Source of the DNA: Opitutales bacterium
GTDB lineage: Bacteria > Verrucomicrobiota > Verrucomicrobiia > Opitutales > UBA2987
Direction of reading: 5' to 3'
DNA length: 64,000 nucleotides
Assembly (NCBI GenBank): GCA_965226205.1
Contig: CBDDCJ010000012.1
Location: 14,572 to 78,571 of the forward strand
Every line of letters starts with the position of its first letter. The stretch's first letter is position 1. Below, piece by piece: positions 19,331 through 30,141 of this stretch. A model generated the notes under the pieces. That model worked only from the letters and a program-made list of their open reading frames with translations, was not told where the DNA came from and did no database searches. The translations under genes were made by a program, and so were the position numbers.

Positions 19331-20221
19331 ATGGAAAAATTCGTGGCAGGCCCCCAGCTTTGGTTCTTTCCCTGGAAAAACCCCCTCACCGAACGCCTCG
19401 GCAGAGATTTCTTTCTCGGACTGCCCCAAAGTCCGGGCGTATATTTGATACGGGACAGGGCAGGGCGCGTCCTCTATGTGGGCCAATCGAAAAACCTGCG
19501 CCAGCGGCTTTCCTTCTACCGTTACGTCCGTCCGGAGACTGCATCCCGCAAAGTGATCCGCCTCATCGCCCGGCTCTCTGCCATCGAAATAGAGCTATTT
19601 CCCAACCCTACCGCGGCTCGGCTTCGGGAAAATGCCCTCCTGCGTCACCACCGGCCAACTTTTAATTCGGCCAATACCCACCCCGAATCCCATCTTTTTA
19701 TCCAGATCAAATTAACCGATGGCCGCCTGGAAGTGGATTATTCCAATATCGAGGGCGAATTCTCTTCTCAGGGATCCGAAACTCATCTCTTCGGGGCCTT
19801 CAAAAGCTCCCCCGCCCGGCGCGGATTGACGGCCCTTTACCGGCTGTTCTGGCGCCGCATGAACCCCACGGCGGACCGTCATTTGCTACCCATCCATTTG
19901 AGCCGTCAAAAGCCGCCCCGGCCCTACCAGGTGGAGGCAACCTTCAAAAACCGGCGACTGGCGCGCAAAACAATCGATTTTTTTGCCGGCAAATCGGATG
20001 CCCTCATCAACCGGCTATGTGGAAAAGAGGGACACCTGTTGACCGCAATCGGCGACCCCTGGCTGCGGCGCATCCTGGAAGAAGACCGGGCCGCGCTGGT
20101 CCATTTTTATCACGTCGGTCCGGGCCGCAATACTCGTTTGAAAGAAGATTCGCCTCTCTCCCGCAAGCAAATAATCGGCCAGGCTCAGTTGGACGATTTG
20201 CTGGTGGTCGAATTTAACTGA
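19331..20221 (+). CDS. GIY-YIG nuclease family protein (UvrC N-terminal-like)
   Basis: LPQSPGVYLIRD...LYVGQSKNLRQRL...ENALLRHHRPTFN. Confidence 0.85.
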   Translation: MEKFVAGPQLWFFPWKNPLTERLGRDFFLGLPQSPGVYLIRDRAGRVLYVGQSKNLRQRLSFYRYVRPETASRKVIRLIARLSAIEIELFPNPTAARLRENALLRHHRPTFNSANTHPESHLFIQIKLTDGRLEVDYSNIEGEFSSQGSETHLFGAFKSSPARRGLTALYRLFWRRMNPTADRHLLPIHLSRQKPPRPYQVEATFKNRRLARKTIDFFAGKSDALINRLCGKEGHLLTAIGDPWLRRILEEDRAALVHFYHVGPGRNTRLKEDSPLSRKQIIGQAQLDDLLVVEFN

Positions 20222-20227
20222 ATTAAT

Positions 20228-23200
20228 TTACATAACGGCGGCCAGATGCTGCAGGCCAAACCGGAAGAGCGACTTCGGTATATCGGGCGACGGCGGGTGC
20301 GGGACGACTTTGCAAAATCGCGGCACCGATTTCTTCCAACTATCCAGAATTTGGCAAGCTCTCTGGCTGCCGGTCAATTGCTGATAAAGCTCCAAAAGTT
20401 TATATAGGGAGTCGATTTCCTCCTCCACCTCAAGCGATTCGATGCCCACCATATCGGGATTATAACGCCATTTAAAGGTCTCGTCCGAATCGAAGACAAA
20501 GGCCAGCCCCCCGCTCATGCCCGCGCCGAAATTGCGTCCCGTCGGCCCCAGGACCAACACCGTCCCGCCAGTCATGTATTCGCAGCCATGGTCGCCAGCG
20601 CCCTCTACTACCGCGGTGGCTCCGGAATTACGCACCGCAAACCGCTGCCCAGCCCGCCCGGCGGCAAAAAACAATCCACCGGTGGCCCCGTAGAGACAGG
20701 TGTTTCCGACAATGAAATTTTCGTGCCATTCATATTTGGTCTTCTCATCGGGGAAGGCGATGATCTCCCCGCCATGCATTCCCTTGCCCACGTAGTCGTT
20801 GGCTTCCCCGATCAACTTCAAACGTATGCCGGGAACCAGGAAAGCGCCGAAACTCTGACCCGCGCTGCCCTTGAAGGTGAGGTCCAGGGTTCCCGGGGCC
20901 AACCCCCCGTCGCCTTTTAAATAGGCCACTTCACCGGACAGACGGGTGCCGATATTGCGGTGGATATTCCTCACTTTATAAATGCCGGAAAACCGCTTTC
21001 TTTTACCTAAAAGAGCCTCTCGGGCGTCCTGCAAAATGAGGTGGTCGAGTGTGCCCGCATGGCCCGGGCTGTCATTGCTGCCTCGAGTATTGTAACGGGC
21101 ATTTTCACCGCCCGGATCGGGATCGAAAAGCAAATCCGAGAGATCGATGCATTGGCTCTTGGGATTTTCAGGATCGTCAATAGACTTCAGGAGCTCCGTC
21201 CGCCCCACAATTTCGTTAATGGACCGATAACCGAGTTCGGCCAGGAGCAGCCGCACTTCCTCGGCCACGGCGTTGAAATAGTTGACCACATTTTCCGGCT
21301 TGCCTTTGAACTTGGCCCGCAAATCCTCACGTTGGGTGGCCACCCCGACAGGGCAGCTATTGAGGTGACAAACACGAAACATGGCGCATCCCGCCGCCAG
21401 CAGGGCACCCGTGCCGAAATTAAACTCCTCCGCCCCCAGCAAGGCCCCGATGACGACATCGCGCCCGGTTTTGAAACCACCGTCGGTGCGCAGGGTCACG
21501 CGGTCGCGCAGGCCGCTCATGAGGAGCAATTGGTGGGCCTCGGCAATGCCGATCTCCCAGGCCGAACCGGCGTTTTTGATCGAGGAAACGGGGCTGGCTC
21601 CGGTGCCGCCTTCGTGGCCGCATACCAGGATGATGTCGGCGTAGGCTTTGGCCACGCCCACCGCCACCGTGCCGACCCCCGAACTGGCCACCAGTTTAAC
21701 GCATACTTTCGCTCTGGGATTGGCCTCCTTGAGGTCGAAAATGAGCTGGGCGAGGTCTTCGATGGAATAAATATCATGGTGGGGAGGCGGAGAGATGAGG
21801 GTCACGCCGGGCACGCTGTGGCGCAGCCGGGCAATCATTTTAGAGACCTTGTGGCCGGGAAGCTGCCCCCCCTCGCCCGGTTTGGCCCCCTGGGCGATTT
21901 TAATTTCAATTTCACGCGCATTGGCCAAATACTCCGCTGTCACCCCGAATCGTCCGCTGGCCACCTGCTTGATCGCGCTGTTAGCGTTATCCCCGTTTTC
22001 CCGCGGATGGAACCTGCGCGGATCCTCCCCCCCTTCGCCCGAATTGGATTTTCCCCCGATCCTATTCATGGCAATGGCCAGGCATTCGTGGGCCTCCGGA
22101 GAGAGGGCTCCCAGGGACATTCCTGCCGTCGTAAACCTGCGTCGTATGTCCTCGATGGACTCAACTTCTGTTAAAGGCGCCGGTTCCGCCGCCGGGCGCA
22201 GCCGCAAGAGATTTTTCAACCCGGCCGGTGGGTGCTTCTCGGCCGCCTGGTTAAATTTTTCGATATTGCCCGAACGTATAAATCGATTCATGCCGGAGAC
22301 CACTTTCGGGTTCCAACCATGAAATTCTCCACCGCCTCGTTTGTTGACTTTATAATAGCCGTGGGAGCCAATCGCGACTAATTCTGTGGAGGCAAAGGCG
22401 GCCCCATGCCGCCAGAGAACTTCTGCGGCCACCTCGCGGTAGGAAATTCCGCCAATCGGGGATGGAGTGCCGAAAAAGCATTCCTTGACCAGCTCGTGGC
22501 CAAGACCAACAGCCTCGAATACCTGGGCCCCGTGGTAACTGAAAAGCGTACTGATGCCCATTTTGGACATGATTTTGAGAATCCCCTGATCGATCGCCAA
22601 ACGATAATTTTTAAGGGCATTTTCCGGGTCGCGCGGGCTCGCGCCCGACGATTCGCGGCAAAGGCTGCGCACCACCTCCAATGCCACGTAGGGATAAATC
22701 GCATTGGCCCCATAACCAAGCAAGCAGGCAATCTGGTGAACATCCCTGGCCTCCCCCGTCTCCACCACGATGTCGGCATTGAGCCGCAGCCCTGCCCTGG
22801 TGAGAGATTGATTGACCGCTCCCACCGCCAGCAACATGGGAATGGGCGCCCTCTCAGCATTTACCCCCCGGTCGGAGAGTATGATGATGCGGGCTTCCTC
22901 ATCCCGCACCAACCGCCGCGCTTCTCCGCAAAGCGCCCGCACGGCCGTACGCATCCCATCCGCCCCTTGAACGGCGTCGAATAGGCATTCCAGTTTGAAA
23001 ATCCGTTTTTGAAAAAACGGGACATGATGAATTTTCTCAAATTCGTGATCGAAAAGTAGAGGGGACTCCAGCTCGAGAAAATCGCGACTGTGGGTAATTC
23101 CCTCGAACAACCCATACCTGCCGCCCAGATACATAGACAGAGACATGATGATGGATTCCCGGATGGGATCAATGGCCGGATTGGTCACCTGGGCAAAAAG

Positions 23201-24760
23201 CTGCTTGAAATAACTATAGAGCAGGCGGGGGCGGCGCGAAAGGATGGCCAGGGGCGTATCGTCGCCCATCGAACCCAGGGGTTCGGAACCTGTTTCAATC
23301 ATGGGCTGAAGAATGATCTCCTTTTCATCCTGATCGTAGTCGAACACCACTTGCAGGGCCGTCAAATCATCGGAGGCGGTGGAGGCTTTTTCCCAATCCG
23401 CGGGGGTCCCCGCCATCTCTTGCAGATTGTGGATGGATTCCCGGCACCACCATCCATAGTTGGCCAGGTTGCCCAGGTATTCCTTGCGATCCTCGTCTTC
23501 CAGGATACGGCGCACCCGCAGGTCAATCGCCACCATTCGGCCCGGTCCCAGCCGCCCATTGGTCACCACGGGTGAACCCCAGTCCGGCACCACCCCTGTT
23601 TCGGAGGCCATAACCACCGTGCCGTCCTCGTAAACTTTGTAGCGCAAAGGCCGCAGGCCGCTCCGGTCAAGGGCCGCTCCAACATACCGGCCATCGGAAA
23701 AAACCATCGCCGCGGGCCCGTCCCAAGGTTCCATGATGGTCGAGTGAAAACGGTAAAAATCGCGAATATTTTCCTGCAGTCCGACATCCTTTTCCCACGA
23801 GTGGGGCAGCATCATGGAGGCGCTCTGGATGCAGGAACGGCCGGACAGTGTGATGAGCTGGAGGACATTGTCGAAACTGGCCGAATCACTCATTTGAGGC
23901 TGCACAATTGGCTTCAAATCCTTGAACCGCCCCCCCCAGACACCATGAGAGGAGGAGGATTCCCGCGCCCGCATAAGGTTGCGGTTGCCGCCAATGGTAT
24001 TGATTTCCCCATTGTGGGCGACCATCCGGTAGGGCTGCGCCTTCCGCCAGTCGGCCATGGTGTTGGTGGCGAACCGTTGATGAAAAATGGCAAAAGCGCT
24101 GGTGTAGAGAGGCGAGCGCAAATCGGGAAAAAAACGCCTTAATTGGTTCGCGTTGAGAAGTCCTTTATAGGTCAGAGTGCGGCTGGAAAAACTGACAATG
24201 TAGAAATCCTTAACCTTTTCCTCTGCAGCCCGGCTTTCCGCCGATTTCATGGCCAGAAAGCATTTTCGCTCGAACTCCTCACTGGAAATTTCTTCCCTCC
24301 GCGCAGCCAGGGCTTGCAGGATGGCGAGCCGGGTCTCCTCAGCTCTTCTTCCCAGGCAGGAAGGCTTGACCGGGACTTCCCTCCAGGCCAAAAATGAAAG
24401 CCCCTCCGCCAAAATGGCCTCCTCGACAACGCGTTTTCCTGAATTGCGGGCCTCCTCGTCCTCCCGGGCCAGAAACACCATGCAGACGGCCAGGTCGGTG
24501 TTTTTATAAAGAGGCTTTCTCAAAGATTTCAGGTATTCGCCAAAAAGAGGGTAGGGTATTTGCGTGAGCAGGCCGGCCCCGTCGCCGGTAACCGTATCGG
24601 CGTCGATAGCCCCCCGGTGGGCCAGGTTTTTCAAGCCCGTAACCGCTTTTTCAATGATATCGTAGGACCTTTTCCCATCAACATTGGCAACGAATCCAAC
24701 GCCGCAAGCGTCATGATCGTCTTCCGTCCGGTAAAGCGGTGATGGAAATTGTGTGTACAT
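20228..24760 (-). CDS. gltB: Glutamate synthase large subunit
   Basis: HDACGVGF amidotransferase N-terminus, AHNGEINT, IKIAQGAKPGEGGQLPG, GCAMFRVCHLNSCPVGVATQ 3Fe-4S, C-terminal GXGXG repeats. Confidence 0.97.
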   Translation of the reverse strand: MYTQFPSPLYRTEDDHDACGVGFVANVDGKRSYDIIEKAVTGLKNLAHRGAIDADTVTGDGAGLLTQIPYPLFGEYLKSLRKPLYKNTDLAVCMVFLAREDEEARNSGKRVVEEAILAEGLSFLAWREVPVKPSCLGRRAEETRLAILQALAARREEISSEEFERKCFLAMKSAESRAAEEKVKDFYIVSFSSRTLTYKGLLNANQLRRFFPDLRSPLYTSAFAIFHQRFATNTMADWRKAQPYRMVAHNGEINTIGGNRNLMRARESSSSHGVWGGRFKDLKPIVQPQMSDSASFDNVLQLITLSGRSCIQSASMMLPHSWEKDVGLQENIRDFYRFHSTIMEPWDGPAAMVFSDGRYVGAALDRSGLRPLRYKVYEDGTVVMASETGVVPDWGSPVVTNGRLGPGRMVAIDLRVRRILEDEDRKEYLGNLANYGWWCRESIHNLQEMAGTPADWEKASTASDDLTALQVVFDYDQDEKEIILQPMIETGSEPLGSMGDDTPLAILSRRPRLLYSYFKQLFAQVTNPAIDPIRESIIMSLSMYLGGRYGLFEGITHSRDFLELESPLLFDHEFEKIHHVPFFQKRIFKLECLFDAVQGADGMRTAVRALCGEARRLVRDEEARIIILSDRGVNAERAPIPMLLAVGAVNQSLTRAGLRLNADIVVETGEARDVHQIACLLGYGANAIYPYVALEVVRSLCRESSGASPRDPENALKNYRLAIDQGILKIMSKMGISTLFSYHGAQVFEAVGLGHELVKECFFGTPSPIGGISYREVAAEVLWRHGAAFASTELVAIGSHGYYKVNKRGGGEFHGWNPKVVSGMNRFIRSGNIEKFNQAAEKHPPAGLKNLLRLRPAAEPAPLTEVESIEDIRRRFTTAGMSLGALSPEAHECLAIAMNRIGGKSNSGEGGEDPRRFHPRENGDNANSAIKQVASGRFGVTAEYLANAREIEIKIAQGAKPGEGGQLPGHKVSKMIARLRHSVPGVTLISPPPHHDIYSIEDLAQLIFDLKEANPRAKVCVKLVASSGVGTVAVGVAKAYADIILVCGHEGGTGASPVSSIKNAGSAWEIGIAEAHQLLLMSGLRDRVTLRTDGGFKTGRDVVIGALLGAEEFNFGTGALLAAGCAMFRVCHLNSCPVGVATQREDLRAKFKGKPENVVNYFNAVAEEVRLLLAELGYRSINEIVGRTELLKSIDDPENPKSQCIDLSDLLFDPDPGGENARYNTRGSNDSPGHAGTLDHLILQDAREALLGKRKRFSGIYKVRNIHRNIGTRLSGEVAYLKGDGGLAPGTLDLTFKGSAGQSFGAFLVPGIRLKLIGEANDYVGKGMHGGEIIAFPDEKTKYEWHENFIVGNTCLYGATGGLFFAAGRAGQRFAVRNSGATAVVEGAGDHGCEYMTGGTVLVLGPTGRNFGAGMSGGLAFVFDSDETFKWRYNPDMVGIESLEVEEEIDSLYKLLELYQQLTGSQRACQILDSWKKSVPRFCKVVPHPPSPDIPKSLFRFGLQHLAAVM

Positions 24761-24893
24761 TCCTGGTTTCGGGTGTCAGGATTGGAAAATGCAGGGATGG
24801 TTTAAAGACTGTCGAGCCCTGAAACCCGGCGCCTGTAACCTTTTTACGGCTTCCGCTCCCAGGCGGGCCAGCCTATGGGTTGGAATACGGATT

Positions 24894-25229
24894 TTAAAAA
24901 AACCGGATGGTATCCGAACGCATCTTCTCATGCTCCTCGTCGGTGCAGGCCGCATTGAGGGGCACATCGGTATTATTTTCGCTCTGGTTTACCAGTTCAT
25001 TGCTAAGCAAATAACTCTCCACTTCTTCTCCGCTCACATCGGCCAGCATAATGCCGTCGACTTCCACGCACGGAGATAGGGTTTGACCGGATTTATGGAC
25101 CATTTCGGCATAGATTTCCGAATCATTGATAATATCCCGATCCTCATATTCGAGTTCGTATTTGGCCAGGATGGCGCGCACGCCGTTGCTCCATCCGCAT
25201 TGTGGTTTAAGATAGGCTTGGATTTTCAT
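24894..25229 (-). CDS. Monothiol glutaredoxin-like protein
   Basis: MKIQAYLKPQCGWS... and SGQTLSPCVEVDG thioredoxin-fold pattern. Confidence 0.75.
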   Translation of the reverse strand: MKIQAYLKPQCGWSNGVRAILAKYELEYEDRDIINDSEIYAEMVHKSGQTLSPCVEVDGIMLADVSGEEVESYLLSNELVNQSENNTDVPLNAACTDEEHEKMRSDTIRFF

Positions 25230-25326
25230 ATTTTTATTTCTTTCTATAATGGTTCTATAATTCAATTGATTGTCAACTTCGAGCCTCAATCTTTAAATGG
25301 AACCAGCCTTTTGACAATATCTTTTT

Positions 25327-26352
25327 TTAAGACCCAAAGGACACCACTCCTTTTAGCAGGCCGGAGCCCGGTTGCAGCCAGGCCGGAAATCGTTCCATTA
25401 ATTCGTCCTCCCGGCAGCGATGGGTGACCCAGGAATTTACCGTTAATTCACCGGATTCGAGCTTTTCGATAATAAATGGAAAATCGCCCGATGGGGCGTT
25501 GCGGGATGCCAGGATGGTCAGCTCCTTGCGGTGCAACTCTGGGTCGTCCACGCCCACCGAACCATTCCAGACACCCACATAAACAAGGCGTCCTCCCGGA
25601 TTGACGAGGTGCAGCGAAGCCTCCATGCAAGGGCCGTAACCGGTGGCATCGAAGACGACAGTGGGAAGACTTCCACCTAGCATTTCCCTTAATTCTCCTC
25701 CCGGCTCCCCTTTTCCGGCTAAAATGATTCCATTGACCTGCATTTCCCGCCGGCAAAACCCCAGCCGCTCCGAATTGATATCCATGGCATAAACCCGCGC
25801 CCCGGCCAGCCGGGCAAAGGCCATTACGGTCAACCCGATCGGTCCCGCCCCGGCCACGAGGACATTTTCGCCTTCAATTAAACCGGCTCGCTGCGCCGCA
25901 TGGCAACCGATGCCGAGCGTTTCCACCAAAGCCAAATGCTCATAGGACAATTTGCCCGAAGGATGCAGCTTGCGCGCGGGAACATTGATGAGTTCGCGCA
26001 TTCCCCCATCGGTGTGGATGCCGAGGACTTTGAGTTCCGGGCATGCATTGGTGCGCCCAGCCATGCACATATGACAACGCCCGCAGTTCAGGTAGGGTTC
26101 CACCGAACAGCGGTCGCCCACCCGCACATGGGATACGCCGGTTCCCGTGGCAACCACTTCGACGCCCAGTTCGTGCCCCGGAATGACCGGGTAGGTGAAA
26201 TAAGGCATGGTTCCGCCATAGGCATGAATATCGGTGCCGCAGATGCCCACGCGATGGACCCGCACCTGGGCCTCGCCTTCGGCCGGAGGCAGAGGTACTG
26301 GGGTGTCGCTGAGGGAGAATCGGCCCGGCTCTTCCAATGTAATAGTCTTCAT
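25327..26352 (-). CDS. Zn-dependent alcohol dehydrogenase family protein
   Basis: GICGTD, PGHE, CGRCHMC, GAGPIG motifs. Confidence 0.9.
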   Translation of the reverse strand: MKTITLEEPGRFSLSDTPVPLPPAEGEAQVRVHRVGICGTDIHAYGGTMPYFTYPVIPGHELGVEVVATGTGVSHVRVGDRCSVEPYLNCGRCHMCMAGRTNACPELKVLGIHTDGGMRELINVPARKLHPSGKLSYEHLALVETLGIGCHAAQRAGLIEGENVLVAGAGPIGLTVMAFARLAGARVYAMDINSERLGFCRREMQVNGIILAGKGEPGGELREMLGGSLPTVVFDATGYGPCMEASLHLVNPGGRLVYVGVWNGSVGVDDPELHRKELTILASRNAPSGDFPFIIEKLESGELTVNSWVTHRCREDELMERFPAWLQPGSGLLKGVVSFGS

Positions 26353-26389
26353 TTTTAAACAATATTCCGGCTCCTGTTAGAAATGCCTC

Positions 26390-27223
26390 TCAAGAACCGG
26401 ATTTTCCTTTGCGCCGGGCCCAGAAAATCATGCCCAGCCCCCCTGCGGCAAGAAAAAGGGAATAAAACACCCCGCGGCTGAGGCCGAAAATGAGAGAAGC
26501 GTCCGGCTCCCGAAAGGCTTCCCCAAGGATGCGAACGAGGGCATAAGCCAGAAACAACTCGCCGCAAAGCTGCCCTTCGGGCCGCTTTTGCGGTTTGCCG
26601 GTCCAGAAGCGAATCTGGGTGTAAAGGCAAAGCAATAGCCCCTCCAGCAGAGCCTCGTACAATTGGGAAGGGTGCCGGGGGCTCAAGGGATGCGGACTAG
26701 CCGGAAAAAGCGCCGCCCAAGGCACATCCGTTACTTTTCCCCAAAGCTCTCCGTTGATAAAATTGGCAATGCGACCAAAAAAAATTCCCGCCAGAGGCAG
26801 CGTGCAAAATATATCGGCGGTTTTGAGAAAGGGCGTCTTGTTTCGGCGGGCAAACCAGATCCCGGCCAGCAAACTACCAATGAATCCTCCGTGGCTGGCC
26901 ATGCCGCCCTCCCACACGCGGATGATAATGAGGGGGTTGCGCATAAAGTTTCCCCAGTCATAGAAAAGCATATAGCCAAGCCTGCCGCCCAGCACAATCC
27001 CTAGAATAATGGCCCAGAAAGCGGTCGCCTGTTGGTCCGCATCCCAGGGTGAACGCCCCTTTTTGTAGTAAAAAGCGAGCAGCCCATAAGCCGCTAAAAA
27101 CCCCAGCACATAGGCCATACCATACCAGCGTAGCCCAAAATTTTCGCCGAACCGGATGATGAACGGGCTCAGGTCATGCAGCCAGTATTCCGGCCATTGG
27201 TTGTTGGGCGCCTGGGCAAACAT
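26390..27223 (-). CDS. lgt: Prolipoprotein diacylglyceryl transferase
   Basis: LRWYG, LGGRLGY, GGMASHGG, GRIANFINGELWG, RHPSQLYE. Confidence 0.96.
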   Translation of the reverse strand: MFAQAPNNQWPEYWLHDLSPFIIRFGENFGLRWYGMAYVLGFLAAYGLLAFYYKKGRSPWDADQQATAFWAIILGIVLGGRLGYMLFYDWGNFMRNPLIIIRVWEGGMASHGGFIGSLLAGIWFARRNKTPFLKTADIFCTLPLAGIFFGRIANFINGELWGKVTDVPWAALFPASPHPLSPRHPSQLYEALLEGLLLCLYTQIRFWTGKPQKRPEGQLCGELFLAYALVRILGEAFREPDASLIFGLSRGVFYSLFLAAGGLGMIFWARRKGKSGS

Positions 27224-27259
27224 CCCTCAAAGAATACGGTTTTTTGGCGCAATTCCCAC

Positions 27260-28369
27260 TCAGGAGTTGGCCGGTTGGGATTTGGCCCCGGCTTTGACCG
27301 AAGGCTGATTATCTTCATCTTCTTCCGGCAAATAGCTCTCTTCAATGGCTTGCTCCTGGACCCGGGCGCGGGCCAATTCCCGCATATCGACAGCCAGATC
27401 GGTGTCTTCATAAATTTCCTTGCCCAGGATATGTTCCATGATGTCCTCCATCGTAACCACACCGGCCGTGGCCCCGAATTCATCGACCACAATGGCGCAT
27501 TGCTGGTGGGCCTTGAGAAAATGCTGCAATGCGTCGGCCGCGGTGGCTGTTTCGGGCACGAAGATGGCGTCGATCATCATTTCCGAAACCCTTTTCCCAT
27601 CTTCGTCATCGGCCCGCGCCTGCAGTAGATCGCGCCTGCGCACCAGCCCGACAATATTGTCAATATTATCATCGAATACCGGCATCCGCCCGAAAAAAAG
27701 TATCCTGATCTCCTTGAATACTTCGTCCACCGTTAAATGGGATTCGATGGCCTGGACCACCGTGCGCGGGGTCATGATTTCGTGGATTTGCACATCGTCC
27801 AGGCTCAAAGCATTCAAAATCATATCCCTCTCGCTGGTCGAGAGGGCCCCTTCCTTGGCATGTTTCTCAGCCAGGAGTATAATTTCCTCCTCTTCCTCTT
27901 TTTCTTCCTCGATGCTGTCGCGGTCGACCATCAGCCGTATCGAGCGCATGGCCAAATAAGATAGCGGATACATGCCCCAGCGCACCAGTTGCAGTGGATA
28001 TACGAGGTGGGCAAGAAGGGCTTTGCGGTAAATAACCCCCATATTCTTGGGAAGAATTTCGGAAAGAAAAAGAATTCCCATGACCATGCCGAATGTGATC
28101 AGCCCCACCAGATTACCGGCCACTCGTGAAGCCACGGTGGCCACCCACATAGCCCCCAGAGTATTGGCGATGGTGTTGAGGGTCAGGATGGCCGAGCTGG
28201 TCAACTCAATGTCGCGCTTGAATTTTTCCAGCAAAAGCCCCCGCCGGGGCTTACTTTTTACCAAAGATTCTATTTCCGCCGTCGTGATGCTTAGGATAAA
28301 GGCTTCCAGTAGGGAGCAAATGCCCGATACAAAAAGCGTGAAGCAGACGGGAAGTACAAGCGCTGTCAT
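27260..28369 (-). CDS. CNNM (DUF21)-CBS domain protein
   Basis: SEILPK, IMTPR, AIVVDEFGATAGVVTMEDIMEHILG. Confidence 0.9.
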   Translation of the reverse strand: MTALVLPVCFTLFVSGICSLLEAFILSITTAEIESLVKSKPRRGLLLEKFKRDIELTSSAILTLNTIANTLGAMWVATVASRVAGNLVGLITFGMVMGILFLSEILPKNMGVIYRKALLAHLVYPLQLVRWGMYPLSYLAMRSIRLMVDRDSIEEEKEEEEEIILLAEKHAKEGALSTSERDMILNALSLDDVQIHEIMTPRTVVQAIESHLTVDEVFKEIRILFFGRMPVFDDNIDNIVGLVRRRDLLQARADDEDGKRVSEMMIDAIFVPETATAADALQHFLKAHQQCAIVVDEFGATAGVVTMEDIMEHILGKEIYEDTDLAVDMRELARARVQEQAIEESYLPEEDEDNQPSVKAGAKSQPANS

Positions 28370-28632
28370 GAGAACAGGCTGCCGATAAGTTTAGGTGGCA
28401 GCCCGAAAAAACATTACAAAACACTTTTACCTTCAAAACTCAAGAAATTCTTTTTCCAGGGTATTTTCGGGGAGTGAATGTTTCCGCTTCTTTCTTGACG
28501 TATCCTCGATCGGCAGTTCGTTTATCTTTCAAAATTTTTTACCAATTCGATCCGGGCAAAAAAGGAGTTTGTGGAACCTTGGAAATCGGCCTGAAAATTT
28601 TATTCAACTAAAAAACTCCCGAATCAGATAAA

Positions 28633-29721
28633 ATGAGTTCTCCCAGACGCACGGCCCTCTATAACTTTCATCGGGAGCAGGGGGCCCGTTTTGTGGATTT
28701 CGGCGGTTGGGAAATGCCGGTGCAATATGCCGGTATCCTCGAGGAACATCGCATGGTGCGCCGGTTTGCCGGCCTCTTCGACGTCAGCCACATGGGCGAG
28801 GTAAACGTGACCGGTCCGATGGCCGGGAAATTCTTGAATTACTTGGTAACCAACGATGTTTCGAATTTGAAAGTCCGGCAAGCCCTCTACACCGTAATGT
28901 GCAATGAAAACGGCTGCGTGGTGGACGATCTCCTCATTTACCGGTGCGGGAAAAATTCCTACATGCTATGCGTCAATGCCGGCAATACGGAATCCGACTA
29001 CGAATGGATTCGGGAAAATGCCGCCCCCTTCAGTTGCGAGATCGAAAACGTCTCCACCGATTATACCCAACTGGCCCTGCAAGGCCCCCTGGCCCTCTCC
29101 GTGTTGGCCCCCCTGACCGTGGTCAAGCTGGAAGAAATGCCTCCGTTTACTATCATTGACGCCATCGTCGCCGGAGTCCCCGCCATGATCAGCCGGACCG
29201 GTTATACCGGCGAGGAAGGAGTGGAAATTTACTGCCCCTGGGATGTAGGCTCGACCATCGCCCGCAGCATCCTGGACGCCGGGAAATACCTCGGCGTCGG
29301 CCCCTGTGGCCTGGGCGCCCGCGACAGCCTGCGCCTGGAAGCCGGTTTCTCCCTCTACGGGCATGAGATCACGGAGAGCATTTCGCCCCTCGAAGCCGGG
29401 CTGGGCTGGGCGGTTAAACTGCATAAGGAAGGCGACTTTATCGGCAAGGACGCCCTGGCGGCGGAAAAAGCCCGCGGCTCCACACGGCGAATCGTGTTTT
29501 TTCACCTCGACAGCCGCCGCATCGCCCGCCCCGGCGCCCCGGTGGTTTTCAGTGGAAAAAAAGTGGGCGAAGTGGTCTCAGGCAGTTTTTCTCCCATCCT
29601 CAACCAGCCCATCGGCTCCGCTCTGGTTTCGCTTAATGGAACCGATCTCCAGAGCCTGGAGGTGGATTTGCGCGGACATATAGTTCCCCTCCGGGTCAAA
29701 AAACCTCCCTTGCACAAATAG
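28633..29721 (+). CDS. gcvT: Glycine cleavage system aminomethyltransferase T
   Basis: [43 protein letters not shown]. Confidence 0.96.
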   Translation: MSSPRRTALYNFHREQGARFVDFGGWEMPVQYAGILEEHRMVRRFAGLFDVSHMGEVNVTGPMAGKFLNYLVTNDVSNLKVRQALYTVMCNENGCVVDDLLIYRCGKNSYMLCVNAGNTESDYEWIRENAAPFSCEIENVSTDYTQLALQGPLALSVLAPLTVVKLEEMPPFTIIDAIVAGVPAMISRTGYTGEEGVEIYCPWDVGSTIARSILDAGKYLGVGPCGLGARDSLRLEAGFSLYGHEITESISPLEAGLGWAVKLHKEGDFIGKDALAAEKARGSTRRIVFFHLDSRRIARPGAPVVFSGKKVGEVVSGSFSPILNQPIGSALVSLNGTDLQSLEVDLRGHIVPLRVKKPPLHK

Positions 29722-29757
29722 GCATTTCGTTTTCGAAAAAATGATCAAAAATTCAAG

Positions 29758-30141
29758 ATGAATAAGATACCCATCGACTTGCTCTACACAGAGGACCACG
29801 AATGGGTGCGGCTCATTGATGACGTGGCCACCGTGGGGATCACCGATCACGCCCAGCTGAGCCTGGGCGACATCACCTTTGTGGAACTTCCCCAACCGGG
29901 GGATTCTTTCGACTGCGGCGATACCTTTGGGGTGGTCGAATCGGTCAAGGCCGCCTCCGACCTGTTCATGCCCCTGAGCGGGGAAATCATCGAAATTAAC
30001 GAGGATTTGGAAGAAGCTCCGGAACTGGTCAACGACGACCCCTACGGACGGGCCTGGATGATTAAAATAAAAGTGGAAGAGGCAGTGGCGAGCCAGACCG
30101 CATCCCTTCTCGACTCCGCCAGTTACGCGGAAATCCTTTGA
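29758..30141 (+). CDS. gcvH: Glycine cleavage system H protein
   Basis: HEW, VGITDHAQ, VESVKAASD lipoyl-lysine motif. Confidence 0.96.
   Translation: MNKIPIDLLYTEDHEWVRLIDDVATVGITDHAQLSLGDITFVELPQPGDSFDCGDTFGVVESVKAASDLFMPLSGEIIEINEDLEEAPELVNDDPYGRAWMIKIKVEEAVASQTASLLDSASYAEIL

Noticed and set aside
10416-24742. Numerous long overlapping or antisense ORFs (e.g. 10416-11312, 13809-14684, 21041-22174)
   Set aside because: Shadow frames of GC-rich, well-supported genes, with no recognisable motifs
28370-28632. Glycine riboswitch upstream of gcvT
   Set aside because: Could not find the conserved GGAGA...CCGAAG...CTCTCAGG aptamer core by eye
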